Of a stretch of DNA of 64,000 bases, positions 1 to 8,446 are shown piece by piece. A program made the position numbers and the translations under genes. The notes beneath the pieces are model-generated. The model ran no database searches. It was not told the DNA's origin and saw only the letters and a list, made by a program, of their open reading frames with translations. The stretch spans positions 29,151 through 93,150 of the forward strand of contig JBIJDU010000001.1 of NCBI GenBank assembly GCA_044343935.1. The letters run 5' to 3'. Within the stretch, counting starts at the first letter, position 1; each line of letters begins with the position of its first letter. The stretch comes from Candidatus Nanopelagicales bacterium (lineage in GTDB: Bacteria > Actinomycetota > Actinomycetes > S36-B12 > UBA5976).

Positions 1-210
1 ATTTCGCTTTAGCGATTTACCCAACTCATTTAAGCTGCGGACTAAATACGCCCCGCGAACCGGACCAAACTGCTGCCACTGATCTGGATCCAGAATAAAT
101 AGCGCCACAACTCGCGGATCGGCGGAAGTGCTCGCCTCCTCAATTGCGGCGAGTAAGGCGGGATTGTCGGAAAGCCGCAGATCGCGACGAAACCAGTGGA
201 TGGTGGCCAT
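1..210 (-). CDS. deoxyribodipyrimidine photolyase/cryptochrome family, N-terminal 70 codons only (gene runs off the left edge)
   Basis: Absent from the ORF track because it is open-ended. Hand translation of the minus strand from ATG at 210-208 gives MATIHWFRRDLRLSDNPALLAAIEEASTSADPRVVALFILDPDQWQQFGPVRGAYLVRSLNELGKSLKRN. IHWFRRDLRLxDNPAL is the classic photolyase N-terminal signature, and the frame stays open to base 1. Confidence 0.7.
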   Translation of the reverse strand, partial: MATIHWFRRDLRLSDNPALLAAIEEASTSADPRVVALFILDPDQWQQFGPVRGAYLVRSLNELGKSLKRN

Positions 211-257
211 TGGCGCACGGTAGGGGGAATTAAATCCCGCTGCCACCTGAGTTGCCT

Positions 258-274
258 TAAGGTATCTTTAAGGT
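258..274 (+). promoter_or_regulatory. two TAAGGT hexamers (fit actinobacterial -10 TANNNT), 11 nt apart, in the photolyase/NlpC-P60 divergent intergenic
   Basis: The sequence CCTTAAGGTATCTTTAAGGT was read directly. The hexamers lie at 258-263 and 269-274, 19-35 nt upstream of the ATG at 293. No -35 or TSS evidence, so the assignment is speculative. Confidence 0.2.
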
Positions 275-292
275 TCTGGTAGGCTCGCCCCC

Positions 293-865
293 ATGCGAAA
301 GACCCTAATTGGCTTACTGCTGGGCATTGCCCTAGTTGGCACCACGCTGCCTGCGCAAGCCAATGATGAGGCAATTTCGCTGGATACTGAGCTCTACCAG
401 ATCAACCCAACAGCTGAGCAAAGCCAAGAGAGGGCAGCTGAGCGCAGGGCAGCAGCGGCAGCGAAAGCCGATCGACAGCTGCGCCGAGTAATCGCTAAAG
501 GTGAAAAAGTGGTCAGCATTGCTGCCAAACTCAAGGGAGTTCGCTACAAATATGCTGGTAGCTCACCAAAAACTGGCTTTGACTGCTCCGGCTACACCGC
601 ATATGTTTTCAACAAGATGGGAATTGAACTTCCCAGATCTTCCGGCGCAATTCGCAATGCCGCAAAGAAGATCGGTAAAGAGCAGTTGCGTAAAGGCGAT
701 TTAGTGTTCTGGCACTCCAGCAGTGGTCGGGTGTTCCATGTTGGAATTTATGCTGGCAATGGCAAGGCATGGCATGCTCCACGCCCCGGCCGAAGTGTCA
801 CGATGCAGTCGTTATGGCTTGCTGGGGGTCGACAAACCTCATATATCACCTACGGCCGAATCTAA
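293..865 (+). CDS. secreted NlpC/P60 (C40) peptidoglycan endopeptidase
   Basis: Signal peptide MRKTLIGLLLGIALVGTTLPAQA. Catalytic-core motif GFDCSGYTAYVF followed by GDLVFW...HVGIYAG. Confidence 0.9.
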   Translation: MRKTLIGLLLGIALVGTTLPAQANDEAISLDTELYQINPTAEQSQERAAERRAAAAAKADRQLRRVIAKGEKVVSIAAKLKGVRYKYAGSSPKTGFDCSGYTAYVFNKMGIELPRSSGAIRNAAKKIGKEQLRKGDLVFWHSSSGRVFHVGIYAGNGKAWHAPRPGRSVTMQSLWLAGGRQTSYITYGRI

Positions 866-904
866 ATCGCCTGCAAAAATCTGATTTCCCACTACGGTTA
901 GCGC

Positions 905-2026
905 GTGCGAATTGCCATTCCAATTGAAACTAAACCAGGTGAAGCTCGCGTTGCCCTGGTGCCTGATCTGGCTGCCAAATTAATCAAACAAGGTTTCAAT
1001 TTGGTGTTACAAGCCGGAGCTGGTGCGAAATCTGGCTTCACTGATGCGGCATATCAAGCTGCAGGGGTTCAAATTGTGGCTGCTGACGGTATTGATGAGG
1101 CTGATGTGGTGCTAAGCGTCCAGCCACTTTCGCTGTCGCAGCTAAATACGCTTAAACCAGGTGCAATTACAATTTCATTTTTACCAGTTAATTCTTCGGC
1201 AGATTTGATTCAAGCTGCTGCGAGCGCAAAAGTGACGACATTCTCGCTGGAGTTGATTCCAAGAATTTCTCGGGCGCAGTCAATGGATGCGCTAACCTCG
1301 CAAGCGTTATGCGCTGGCTACAAGGCAGCATTAGTTGGCGCAGAGTTATCACCAAGATTTTTTCCGTTGTTGATGACAGCAGCGGGCACTGTTACGCCAG
1401 CACAGGTTTTGGTATTGGGCGCAGGTGTTGCTGGATTGCAGGCAATTGCCACCGCAAAGCGATTAGGTGCAGTGGTTTCAGCATATGACGTTAGACCTTC
1501 TAGTAAGGATGAAGTTATTTCGATGGGTGCCACGTTTATTGAATTAGACCTAGAGGCATTAGAAGGCAGTGGTGGGTATGCCAGGGAAATGACCGAAGAG
1601 CGCGCAGCTAGACAGCGCGAATTGTTAACACCTTATATTTCAAAATCAGATGTGGTTATCACCACCGCTGCCGTACCAGGTAGACCGGCCCCGCGATTAA
1701 TTACTAAAGAAATGATGAGCGGACTTAAGAGCGGATCTGTTGTGGTCGATTTGGCAGCCGAAACTGGTGGCAACGTTGAAGGATCCGTAGCCGGTGAAGT
1801 TGTTGAGATTGCGGGTGTGAAAATTTGGGGCGGTAAAGATGTGCCAAGCACATTGCCGTATCACGCATCGCAACTATATGCCAAGAACGTAGTTAACTTA
1901 TTAAATTTGATGATTGATCCAACTAGCAACAAACTTAATTTAAATTTTGACGATGAAATTATTGCTGCCGCCGCGGTAACACATGCTGGCGAGGTTCGAG
2001 TTCAGTTAGTTGGAGGTGGAAAATGA
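905..2026 (+). CDS. pntAA: NAD(P) transhydrogenase subunit alpha part 1 (dI)
   Basis: Alanine-dehydrogenase/PNT fold with Rossmann motif VLVLGAGVAGLQAI. GTG start. It is followed by the small alpha-2 and beta subunits with 4-nt overlaps. Confidence 0.9.
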   Translation: MRIAIPIETKPGEARVALVPDLAAKLIKQGFNLVLQAGAGAKSGFTDAAYQAAGVQIVAADGIDEADVVLSVQPLSLSQLNTLKPGAITISFLPVNSSADLIQAAASAKVTTFSLELIPRISRAQSMDALTSQALCAGYKAALVGAELSPRFFPLLMTAAGTVTPAQVLVLGAGVAGLQAIATAKRLGAVVSAYDVRPSSKDEVISMGATFIELDLEALEGSGGYAREMTEERAARQRELLTPYISKSDVVITTAAVPGRPAPRLITKEMMSGLKSGSVVVDLAAETGGNVEGSVAGEVVEIAGVKIWGGKDVPSTLPYHASQLYAKNVVNLLNLMIDPTSNKLNLNFDDEIIAAAAVTHAGEVRVQLVGGGK

Positions 2027-2307
2027 GCGATCTGATGGCGTTGATCTCAATTTTTGTGCTGGCAGTTTTCGTAGGATTTGAAGTAGTTTCAAAAGTTTCT
2101 ACCACGCTTCACACCCCATTAATGAGCGGTGCCAATGCAATTCACGGTGTGATTTTGGTGGGCGCGATTATTGTGGCTGATCATTCTGAAACGACGTTGG
2201 AGTTGGTGTTATCACTGATTGCAATTGTGCTTGCTACCATCAATATGGTCGGTGGCTTTGTCGTGACAGATCGCATGCTTGAGATGTTTAAAGGTAAGAA
2301 AAAATGA
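2023..2307 (+). CDS. pntAB: NAD(P) transhydrogenase subunit alpha part 2 (membrane)
   Basis: 94-aa protein with three predicted TM segments, containing LHTPLMSGANAIHGV. Overlaps pntAA and pntB by 4 nt each. Confidence 0.85.
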   Translation: MSDLMALISIFVLAVFVGFEVVSKVSTTLHTPLMSGANAIHGVILVGAIIVADHSETTLELVLSLIAIVLATINMVGGFVVTDRMLEMFKGKKK

Positions 2308-3695
2308 GCAGAGACTTATACGACCTGCTCGGCTTACTGGCAGCAGTTGCTTTCATTTTGGCGTTGAAGGGATTGTCATCGCCGCGTACCGCCCGGCGCG
2401 GTAATCTAATTGGTGCAGGTGGCGCATTACTCGCAACCGTAATTGTGTTTTTCTATGTTGAAGCGCCAGCTGAGTTACCACTAAATAATTTGGGTTTGAT
2501 ATTGGCTGCGATTGCTATTGGCACGTTAATTGGCGTGCCAGCGGCAAGACGAGTTCAAATGACTCAAATGCCGCAATTAGTTGCGTTGTTTAATGGTGTT
2601 GGAGGTGGCGCTGCGGCATTAGTTGCCATAGTTGAATATTTGAATCTTGGGGCTACCGCATCGCTGCCTGTGTTAATTGCAACAATCTTCACGGTGGTTG
2701 TTGGTTCAGTTTCGTTCTCGGGTTCGATTGTTACTTTCTTAAAGTTACAAGAATTGATGACAACCCGACCAGTAGTATTTCCAGGCGGTAGATTTGTAAT
2801 TGCGGCAACGCTGGCCAGCATAATTGCTGTTTCAGCTTGGGTGATTGTTAGCGGTGGCACGATGTCGCTGTTAATTTTAGGCGTCCTGTCATTGTTGTTT
2901 GGCGTACTTTTTGTGCTACCAGTTGGTGGTGCAGACGTACCAATTGTGATCTCGCTACTAAATGCATTCACTGGTTTAACTGTTGCTGCTAGTGGTTATG
3001 TGCTAGAAGCAACATTGTTAATTGTTGCCGGTACCCTCGTTGGCGCATCGGGCACGATTTTGACCAGATTAATGGCAGCTGCAATGGGCAGATCTATCTT
3101 TGGTATTTTGTTTGGTGCGTTTACCGCAAAAGCAACCACCACCGATGCCGCAACTGATGCTCGTCCAGTCAAATCTGGTTCAGCGGAAGATGTCGCAATT
3201 TTGTTGAATTACGCTAACCGAGTTGTGTTCGTGCCTGGCTTTGGGTTAGCAGTTGCGCAAGCACAGCACACCGTTCGCGAGTTAGCAGATTTGTTAATGG
3301 CAAAAGGAATTGAAGTTGCTTACGGCATTCACCCAGTGGCTGGTCGAATGCCAGGGCATATGAATGTGTTACTTGCGGAGGCCAACGTGCCTTATGAGCA
3401 GTTAGCTGAGATGGAAGAAGTAAATCCAACATTTGCCCAAACTGATGTTGCGTTGGTGATTGGGGCAAATGACGTGGTTAATCCGGCCGCAAAAACAAGC
3501 CCTGGCGCCCCCATTTATGGCATGCCAATTTTGGAAGTTGCAAACGCGGCAAACGTCATTTTCTTAAAACGGTCAATGCGACCTGGATTCGCCGGAATCG
3601 AAAACGAGTTGCTTTATGACCCAAAAACCACTTTGCTCTTTGGCGATGCCAAAGCATCACTAACTGCAGTAGTTAGCGCACTAAAGGCGCTTTAG
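2304..3695 (+). CDS. pntB: NAD(P) transhydrogenase subunit beta
   Basis: N-terminal polytopic membrane domain plus C-terminal dIII domain (GFGLAVAQAQH, GANDVVNPAA, YGMPIL). Confidence 0.9.
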   Translation: MSRDLYDLLGLLAAVAFILALKGLSSPRTARRGNLIGAGGALLATVIVFFYVEAPAELPLNNLGLILAAIAIGTLIGVPAARRVQMTQMPQLVALFNGVGGGAAALVAIVEYLNLGATASLPVLIATIFTVVVGSVSFSGSIVTFLKLQELMTTRPVVFPGGRFVIAATLASIIAVSAWVIVSGGTMSLLILGVLSLLFGVLFVLPVGGADVPIVISLLNAFTGLTVAASGYVLEATLLIVAGTLVGASGTILTRLMAAAMGRSIFGILFGAFTAKATTTDAATDARPVKSGSAEDVAILLNYANRVVFVPGFGLAVAQAQHTVRELADLLMAKGIEVAYGIHPVAGRMPGHMNVLLAEANVPYEQLAEMEEVNPTFAQTDVALVIGANDVVNPAAKTSPGAPIYGMPILEVANAANVIFLKRSMRPGFAGIENELLYDPKTTLLFGDAKASLTAVVSALKAL

Positions 3696-3762
3696 GTGGG
3701 GTTTTTCTGAAACTACCCTGCTTGATTCAACAATTTTGAGTAAAACAGGGCAGAATCTAGCC

Positions 3763-4470
3763 ATGACAGTCTTAGTAGTAGATGACGATCGTGCGATTCG
3801 AGACGCGGTGATGCGCGCTATCAAGTTTGATGGCATGGAGTGCGAAGCTGTTGCAACTGCTCGCGAGGCCTTGCAATACATCAATGGCGAGCGTGGGAAG
3901 CGGCCAGACTTAGTGATCTTGGATCTTGGTCTGCCTGATTTAGATGGTCTTGAGGTAGTTCGGCAGGTCCGGGCTAAAGGTGATGACTTACCAATATTGG
4001 TATTAACAGCACGGACTCAAATTTCGGATCGAGTGGCAGGGTTAGATGCCGGGGCGGATGACTATTTACCAAAACCCTTTGCGCTACCTGAGTTATTGGC
4101 ACGAGTCAGGGCGTTGCTGCGCCGGATTCAAATTGATGCAACACCATCTGGCGTAGTGCCAAGCGGTGAGGTTTATCAAATCGAAGATTTAATTGTTGAT
4201 TGTGGTGCATACCGGGCTTCTCGAAATGGCAGACATTGCAATTTAACAAGAACTGAATTCTCGCTATTGGAAGTGCTGGCAAAAAATGCTGGCAAAGTTG
4301 TGCCGCGAGATATGTTACTGGAAAAAGTGTGGGGCTGGGCAAGTCCAACATTGAGTAATGGTCTAGATGTTTACATTGGCTATCTTCGAAAAAAACTTGA
4401 AGAGGGCGGCGAACCTCGACTAGTACAGACGGTTCGCGGCGTTGGTTACGTACTGCGCCTAGAGGAGTAG
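3763..4470 (+). CDS. mprA: OmpR-family response regulator, MprA-like
   Basis: Receiver plus winged-helix domains. GDDLPILVLTAR...RVAGLDAGADDYLPKPFAL and GEPRLVQTVRGVGYVLR closely resemble M. tuberculosis MprA as I remember it. The start was moved from the track's TTG 3736 to ATG 3763 (MTVLVVDD). Confidence 0.85.
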   Translation: MTVLVVDDDRAIRDAVMRAIKFDGMECEAVATAREALQYINGERGKRPDLVILDLGLPDLDGLEVVRQVRAKGDDLPILVLTARTQISDRVAGLDAGADDYLPKPFALPELLARVRALLRRIQIDATPSGVVPSGEVYQIEDLIVDCGAYRASRNGRHCNLTRTEFSLLEVLAKNAGKVVPRDMLLEKVWGWASPTLSNGLDVYIGYLRKKLEEGGEPRLVQTVRGVGYVLRLEE

Positions 4471-4473
4471 GTT

Positions 4474-5850
4474 GTGTCGCTCCGAAAACGCCTGGCGTTA
4501 ATTGCAGGTGCGGTAACTGCGGTAGCAGTTTTATTGGTTGCCATACTAAGTGGCCTACTTTCAGCACGAACAATGTACGAACAGGTAGATGCTGAGCTTC
4601 GTTCGGCACTTGAGTTTGACGTCCAAAATGAACTTGCCACAGTTTTGGAGTTATCAACTCGCACGCAGTTGCGAGCCGACTCATTAGATATTTTGGTTGA
4701 TGTTTATTTTGTGGAAGGCACGGTAGAGCCGCGCGGATCTGTGACCGCACAAGTTCCGCCGGGTGATGCCGTATTTAATCAACTCTTGGGTACCAGTGAT
4801 GGGCCACTGTTTGAAACCGTAACCACTGCAACAGATATTTCACTGCGTGTTGCGGTAATTCCATTTACTGATGGCGCAGTGATTCGAGCCATGCGGCCAA
4901 TCAACGATTTGCAGGCAAGTCTTAACACTTTAACTGCTGGTATTGCAGCTCTTGCGCTATTAGCATCACTAATCACTGCGCTGATCGCAAGCGTGGTGGT
5001 GGGATCAGCACTTAAGCCGGTGCTTAAGTTAACCTCAGCTGCAGAGCAGATCGCTCGAACTCAGAAACTAGATAATTCGGGGCTGGCAGAGGCAACTGAA
5101 GGCAGAAATGATGAGATAGCTCGACTCTCCGCATCACTGCAGTCATTGGTTACCGCGCTTGCTCGTAGTCGAGACCAGCAACAGCGGTTGGTTGATGATG
5201 CTGCACATGAGTTAAGAACACCGCTAACTTCAATGCGGGCGAATTTGGATTTGATGGAGTTGGCTGAGGCAACTGGGCGCAGCATCTCCGAAGAACAGCG
5301 AACTGAGATGTTGAGCTCAATGCATGAAGAATTAGTTGAATTAAGTCAATTAGTTGAAGAGTTAGTTGCATTAGCCAGTCCAATGCCGACGTTGCATGAA
5401 GTTTCGCAAGAATCTAGTGTCGAGTTATCTGAGTTGGCTGAAAATGTCGTGAAGCGTTTTAGCCGAAGATCGGGTCGAGAGATTTCCCTGGATGCCAGTG
5501 AAACTATGGTTCAAGGACGAGCTGCTTTGATCGAACGCGCTATTGCAAACTTAATCGGAAATGCAATTAAGTTCTCACCAGACGGTAGCAAGATTCATGT
5601 AACTGTTCGAGATGGCATGGTTTTAGTTGACGATGCTGGAGCTGGGATACCAACTGAATACCGGGCTCAAGTATTGGAGCGATTCTGGCGCGCACCAGAG
5701 TCGCGCGGGTTGCCAGGTTCTGGATTGGGACTATCGATCGTAAGTGATATGGCGCAATCACATTCCGGCTCAGTAATTATTGATCAATCACCATTAGGTG
5801 GCGCACGAGTTGGCTTTTTATTGCCAGAACTAAAAGCGAGTGACATCTAA
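4474..5850 (+). CDS. mprB: sensor histidine kinase, MprB-like
   Basis: Two TM segments flank a periplasmic domain. H-box is AAHELRTPLTSMRANLDL. HATPase motifs are GNAIKFSP and DDAGAGIP...GSGLGLSIV. Lies 3 nt downstream of the regulator. Confidence 0.85.
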   Translation: MSLRKRLALIAGAVTAVAVLLVAILSGLLSARTMYEQVDAELRSALEFDVQNELATVLELSTRTQLRADSLDILVDVYFVEGTVEPRGSVTAQVPPGDAVFNQLLGTSDGPLFETVTTATDISLRVAVIPFTDGAVIRAMRPINDLQASLNTLTAGIAALALLASLITALIASVVVGSALKPVLKLTSAAEQIARTQKLDNSGLAEATEGRNDEIARLSASLQSLVTALARSRDQQQRLVDDAAHELRTPLTSMRANLDLMELAEATGRSISEEQRTEMLSSMHEELVELSQLVEELVALASPMPTLHEVSQESSVELSELAENVVKRFSRRSGREISLDASETMVQGRAALIERAIANLIGNAIKFSPDGSKIHVTVRDGMVLVDDAGAGIPTEYRAQVLERFWRAPESRGLPGSGLGLSIVSDMAQSHSGSVIIDQSPLGGARVGFLLPELKASDI

Positions 5851-5864
5851 TTGATGTCACTCGC
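5836..5864 (+). terminator. perfect 12-bp hairpin spanning the mprB stop codon (candidate terminator, no U-tract)
   Basis: GCGAGTGACATC-TAATT-GATGTCACTCGC was read directly. The loop contains the TAA stop at 5848-5850. No T-run follows, so function is uncertain. Confidence 0.35.
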
Positions 5865-5912
5865 CTGTGAGGGTTCGATCAAAATTTTTAGGGCAGTGAA
5901 AATTGATCGACC

Positions 5913-5945
5913 AATCCTTCTAGCGATTTATAGTCGAGAAGGATT
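5913..5945. terminator. 9-bp hairpin in the convergent mprB/gltA intergenic
   Basis: AATCCTTCT-(15 nt)-AGAAGGATT, with an inner CGA/TCG pairing. No flanking T-run on either strand. Confidence 0.25.
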
Positions 5946-6083
5946 ACTAACCACCATGAGTGTGTTGGATCCAAACATGAAAATGCTCTGATGCTTTCAG
6001 CCCCAAGGTGTTCCATGATCAGGATACGCCGCAGAGGGGTGAAGTTGAACCAAATATTGTGTTTATAAAGTCACATTGCGTGA

Positions 6084-7367
6084 TTAACGCTTAGTGATTG
6101 GTGCGTAATCGCGCTGCGTCTCACCAATATAAATCTGACGTGGACGACCAATTCGAGTACTTGGGTCCTCAATCATTTCGCGCCATTGGGCAATCCAGCC
6201 AGGTAGCCGGCCTAGTGCAAATAGCACGGTGAACATCTTGGTTGGGAAGCCCATCGCTTTGTAAATAACACCGGTGTAGAAATCAACGTTTGGATAAAGT
6301 TTGCGCTCAACAAAGTAATCATCCTTCAGCGCCGCTTCCTCGAGTTTCAGCGCAATATCAAGGAGTGGATCACTAACACCAAGTTCTTTAAGCACCTGAT
6401 CAGCAGCATTCTTAATGATTTTGGCGCGAGGGTCGTAATTTTTGTAAACGCGGTGGCCAAAGCCCATCAATCGAGCAGTTGAATCTTTAGACTTGACTTT
6501 TTCAATGAACTTTTCAACCGATTCACCAGAATGTTGAATCTCTTCCAGCATTTCTAGCACCGCTTGATTCGCGCCACCATGAAGCGGGCCGAATAGCGCA
6601 GATATGCCACCGGCAACCGAAGCAAATAGATTGGCATGTGATGAGCCAATCATCCTTACAGTTGATGTAGAGCAATTCTGTTCATGATCTGCGTGCAGGA
6701 TGAATAACAGGTCTAGTGCCTTTGCGACAACCGGGTTCACTTCGTATTTCTCAGCTGGCACCGAGAAGGTCATTTGCAGGAAGTTTGAGACATAATCCAA
6801 GTTGTTATCTGGATATGGGAACGGTTGACCTAATGATTTGCGCAGGGAATATGCCGCAATGGTTGGAACCTTGGCCAATAAACGAATGGTTGAGATTTCA
6901 ACTTGCTGCTGATCAAATGGATCTAAGGAATCTTGATAAAAAGTAGACAATGCATTGACTGCACTAGCTAGAACTGGCATTGGATGTGCATCGCGAGGAA
7001 AGCCAGAGAAAAATCCTTTTAGATCCTCATGCAACATTGTGTGCATTCGAATGTTTTCTGTGAATACTTCAAGTTGGGTCACCGTAGGTAATTCACCGTA
7101 AATCAACAAGTAGGAAACCTCAAGAAATGAAGACTTTTCGGCTAATTGATCAATTGGGTAGCCACGGTAGCGCAGAACCCCAGCGTCACCATCGAGATAA
7201 GTGATTGCTGATTTAGTTGTTGCAGTATTTCCAAAACCATTGTCATAGGTAATGTGATTAGTAGTGGTTAAAAGTTTTGAAATGTCTAGCGCGGCGGGAC
7301 CTTCAGTGGCGGCAATCACCGGTAAATCGAGAGAATTATTTGGGGTATTAATCTGACCCTGCGACAT
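6084..7367 (-). CDS. gltA: citrate synthase (type II)
   Basis: 427 aa with the motifs GPLHGGAN, MGFGHRVYK and DPR. RBS GGAGGAAAT lies upstream of the ATG. Confidence 0.95.
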   Translation of the reverse strand: MSQGQINTPNNSLDLPVIAATEGPAALDISKLLTTTNHITYDNGFGNTATTKSAITYLDGDAGVLRYRGYPIDQLAEKSSFLEVSYLLIYGELPTVTQLEVFTENIRMHTMLHEDLKGFFSGFPRDAHPMPVLASAVNALSTFYQDSLDPFDQQQVEISTIRLLAKVPTIAAYSLRKSLGQPFPYPDNNLDYVSNFLQMTFSVPAEKYEVNPVVAKALDLLFILHADHEQNCSTSTVRMIGSSHANLFASVAGGISALFGPLHGGANQAVLEMLEEIQHSGESVEKFIEKVKSKDSTARLMGFGHRVYKNYDPRAKIIKNAADQVLKELGVSDPLLDIALKLEEAALKDDYFVERKLYPNVDFYTGVIYKAMGFPTKMFTVLFALGRLPGWIAQWREMIEDPSTRIGRPRQIYIGETQRDYAPITKR

Positions 7368-7504
7368 CTAAATTTCCTCCATTTGTGAGCAGCGCTGCTA
7401 TCGCCAATCCTGACCTTACCTAGTGGCTTATCGTAGAGAAGCCCACTCATTCATGCACCAGGGCCTCGCAAAGCAGCGACAAAATTCATGATTAGTTGCA
7501 CAAG

Positions 7505-7576
7505 TGCCCCCAGCAGGATTCGAACCTGCGCGCACGGTTTAGGAAACCGATGCTCTATCCCCTGAGCTATGGGGGC
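7505..7576 (-). tRNA. tRNA-Arg(CCU)
   Basis: Hand fold of the reverse complement GCCCCCATAGCTCAGGGGATAGAGCATCGGTTTCCTAAACCGTGCGCGCAGGTTCGAATCCTGCTGGGGGCA. Acceptor stem is 7 bp, anticodon loop is TTCCTAA, T-loop is TTCGAAT. One U-U at 27:43. CCA is not encoded. Confidence 0.88.
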
Positions 7577-7678
7577 GAATTGGTTCGCCGTAGGGGTATC
7601 TTATTGGCAGACTATCGCCGCCCAAGAACCTAATAAATCAGCCGTTGCCCGATACAGTTAGGCAAAAGGAATGGTGAC

Positions 7679-8446
7679 GTGTTCTATCTTGCCGCAAAAA
7701 ATATGCTGTTTCTGAAGCCACGAAAAGTGGCGGGAACAAGTTTTGAGATTGCACTATCTGTTTCAGCAGGCACGGCGGACATCATTACGCCAATCTCACT
7801 TGAAGATGAGTTGATTCGAATTGATCAGAAGGGGCAGCTACCCGTTAATTGGTCACGGCAGCCTGATTTAGAAGCAACATATGTTTCATTAGTTCAACAG
7901 ATATATCGATTGCGAAGATCGGGCATTGTCTCTGAAGAATTGAAATTCAAGCGACAACAACTAAAGGACTTACTTCATATTGAGGAACATCGACTTTATT
8001 ACAACCACATTGTTCCCGATGATGTAAAATTAAATTTTGGCGAAGCTAGATTTGATAAAGCTTTCAAGGTGACCATCACTAGACATCCATATGAGCAACT
8101 AATCTCCCAGGCATATTGGCTACATCAAGGAAAGCAGCGCCGTAATTTGCCGATTGCTCAAATAATTGATGAGTTACTTGCCGAACCAGCCCCTAATACG
8201 CCATACTATTTTTCAAATGGAAAAAAACTTTGTGATCTTTATATGAAGATGGAATCATTTCAAACTGATGTGGTTGATCTAGAGAATAATTTGGGGGTAA
8301 AAATTTGGCAATACATGCCAATGACTAAGAAAAGTTCAAGTAGTACTAGGCCCAAAGCCAAAGACATCTTAACTCAACAGCAAAAAATAAAAGTGCAGGA
8401 AAGATCCAAACTAGAGTTTGAACACTTTGATTATGATCCTGCTTAA
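7679..8446 (+). CDS. sulfotransferase family-2-like protein (PAPS-dependent fold), AT-rich
   Basis: The N-terminal LKPRKVAGTSFEIAL resembles the 5'-PSB loop (PKxxxTS). ITRHPYEQLISQAYW resembles the 3'-PB motif (RxPxxRxxSxY) of Sulfotransfer_2. GTG start has AAGGA upstream, with an alternative ATG at 7703. Confidence 0.55.
   Translation: MFYLAAKNMLFLKPRKVAGTSFEIALSVSAGTADIITPISLEDELIRIDQKGQLPVNWSRQPDLEATYVSLVQQIYRLRRSGIVSEELKFKRQQLKDLLHIEEHRLYYNHIVPDDVKLNFGEARFDKAFKVTITRHPYEQLISQAYWLHQGKQRRNLPIAQIIDELLAEPAPNTPYYFSNGKKLCDLYMKMESFQTDVVDLENNLGVKIWQYMPMTKKSSSSTRPKAKDILTQQQKIKVQERSKLEFEHFDYDPA

Noticed and set aside
130-292. Possible cyclic-di-AMP (ydaO-type) riboswitch upstream of the NlpC/P60 gene. 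The segment CGGTAGGGGGAA...ATCCCGCTGCCACCTGAGTTGCC loosely recalls the GGUAGGG...CCCG...AGCUAAC...G 3' half of that motif, and such riboswitches often precede cell-wall hydrolase genes in Actinobacteria.
   Set aside because: I could not find the 5' half (ACGGGGA/GGGGACCCA, GGGGUGAAUC). The ACCCGA and CAGCUAAC blocks are absent. The element would also have to overlap the photolyase start on the other strand. A cmsearch with RF00379 would settle it. I do not claim it.
501-704. 67-aa same-strand ORF nested in the NlpC/P60 gene.
   Set aside because: It is an alternative frame within a gene that has clear catalytic motifs. There is no RBS or motif support.
4106-4750. 214-aa antisense ORF across the mprA/mprB junction. 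Similar long shadow ORFs occur at 42-374, 2564-2971, 10820-11153, 12243-12611, 32437-32796, 50103-50468, 56773-57144 and 57864-58169.
   Set aside because: They lie fully inside, and antisense or out of frame to, genes with strong motif support. Their sequences are low-complexity and biased (Q/L/P/R/S-rich) and show no motifs. These are typical shadow ORFs.
7505-8446. tRNA-Arg as the integration site of a genomic island carrying the sulfotransferase-like gene.
   Set aside because: The AT-rich gene lies on the 5' side of the tRNA rather than the 3' side. There is no integrase. I found no direct repeat of the tRNA 3' end at the far boundary.
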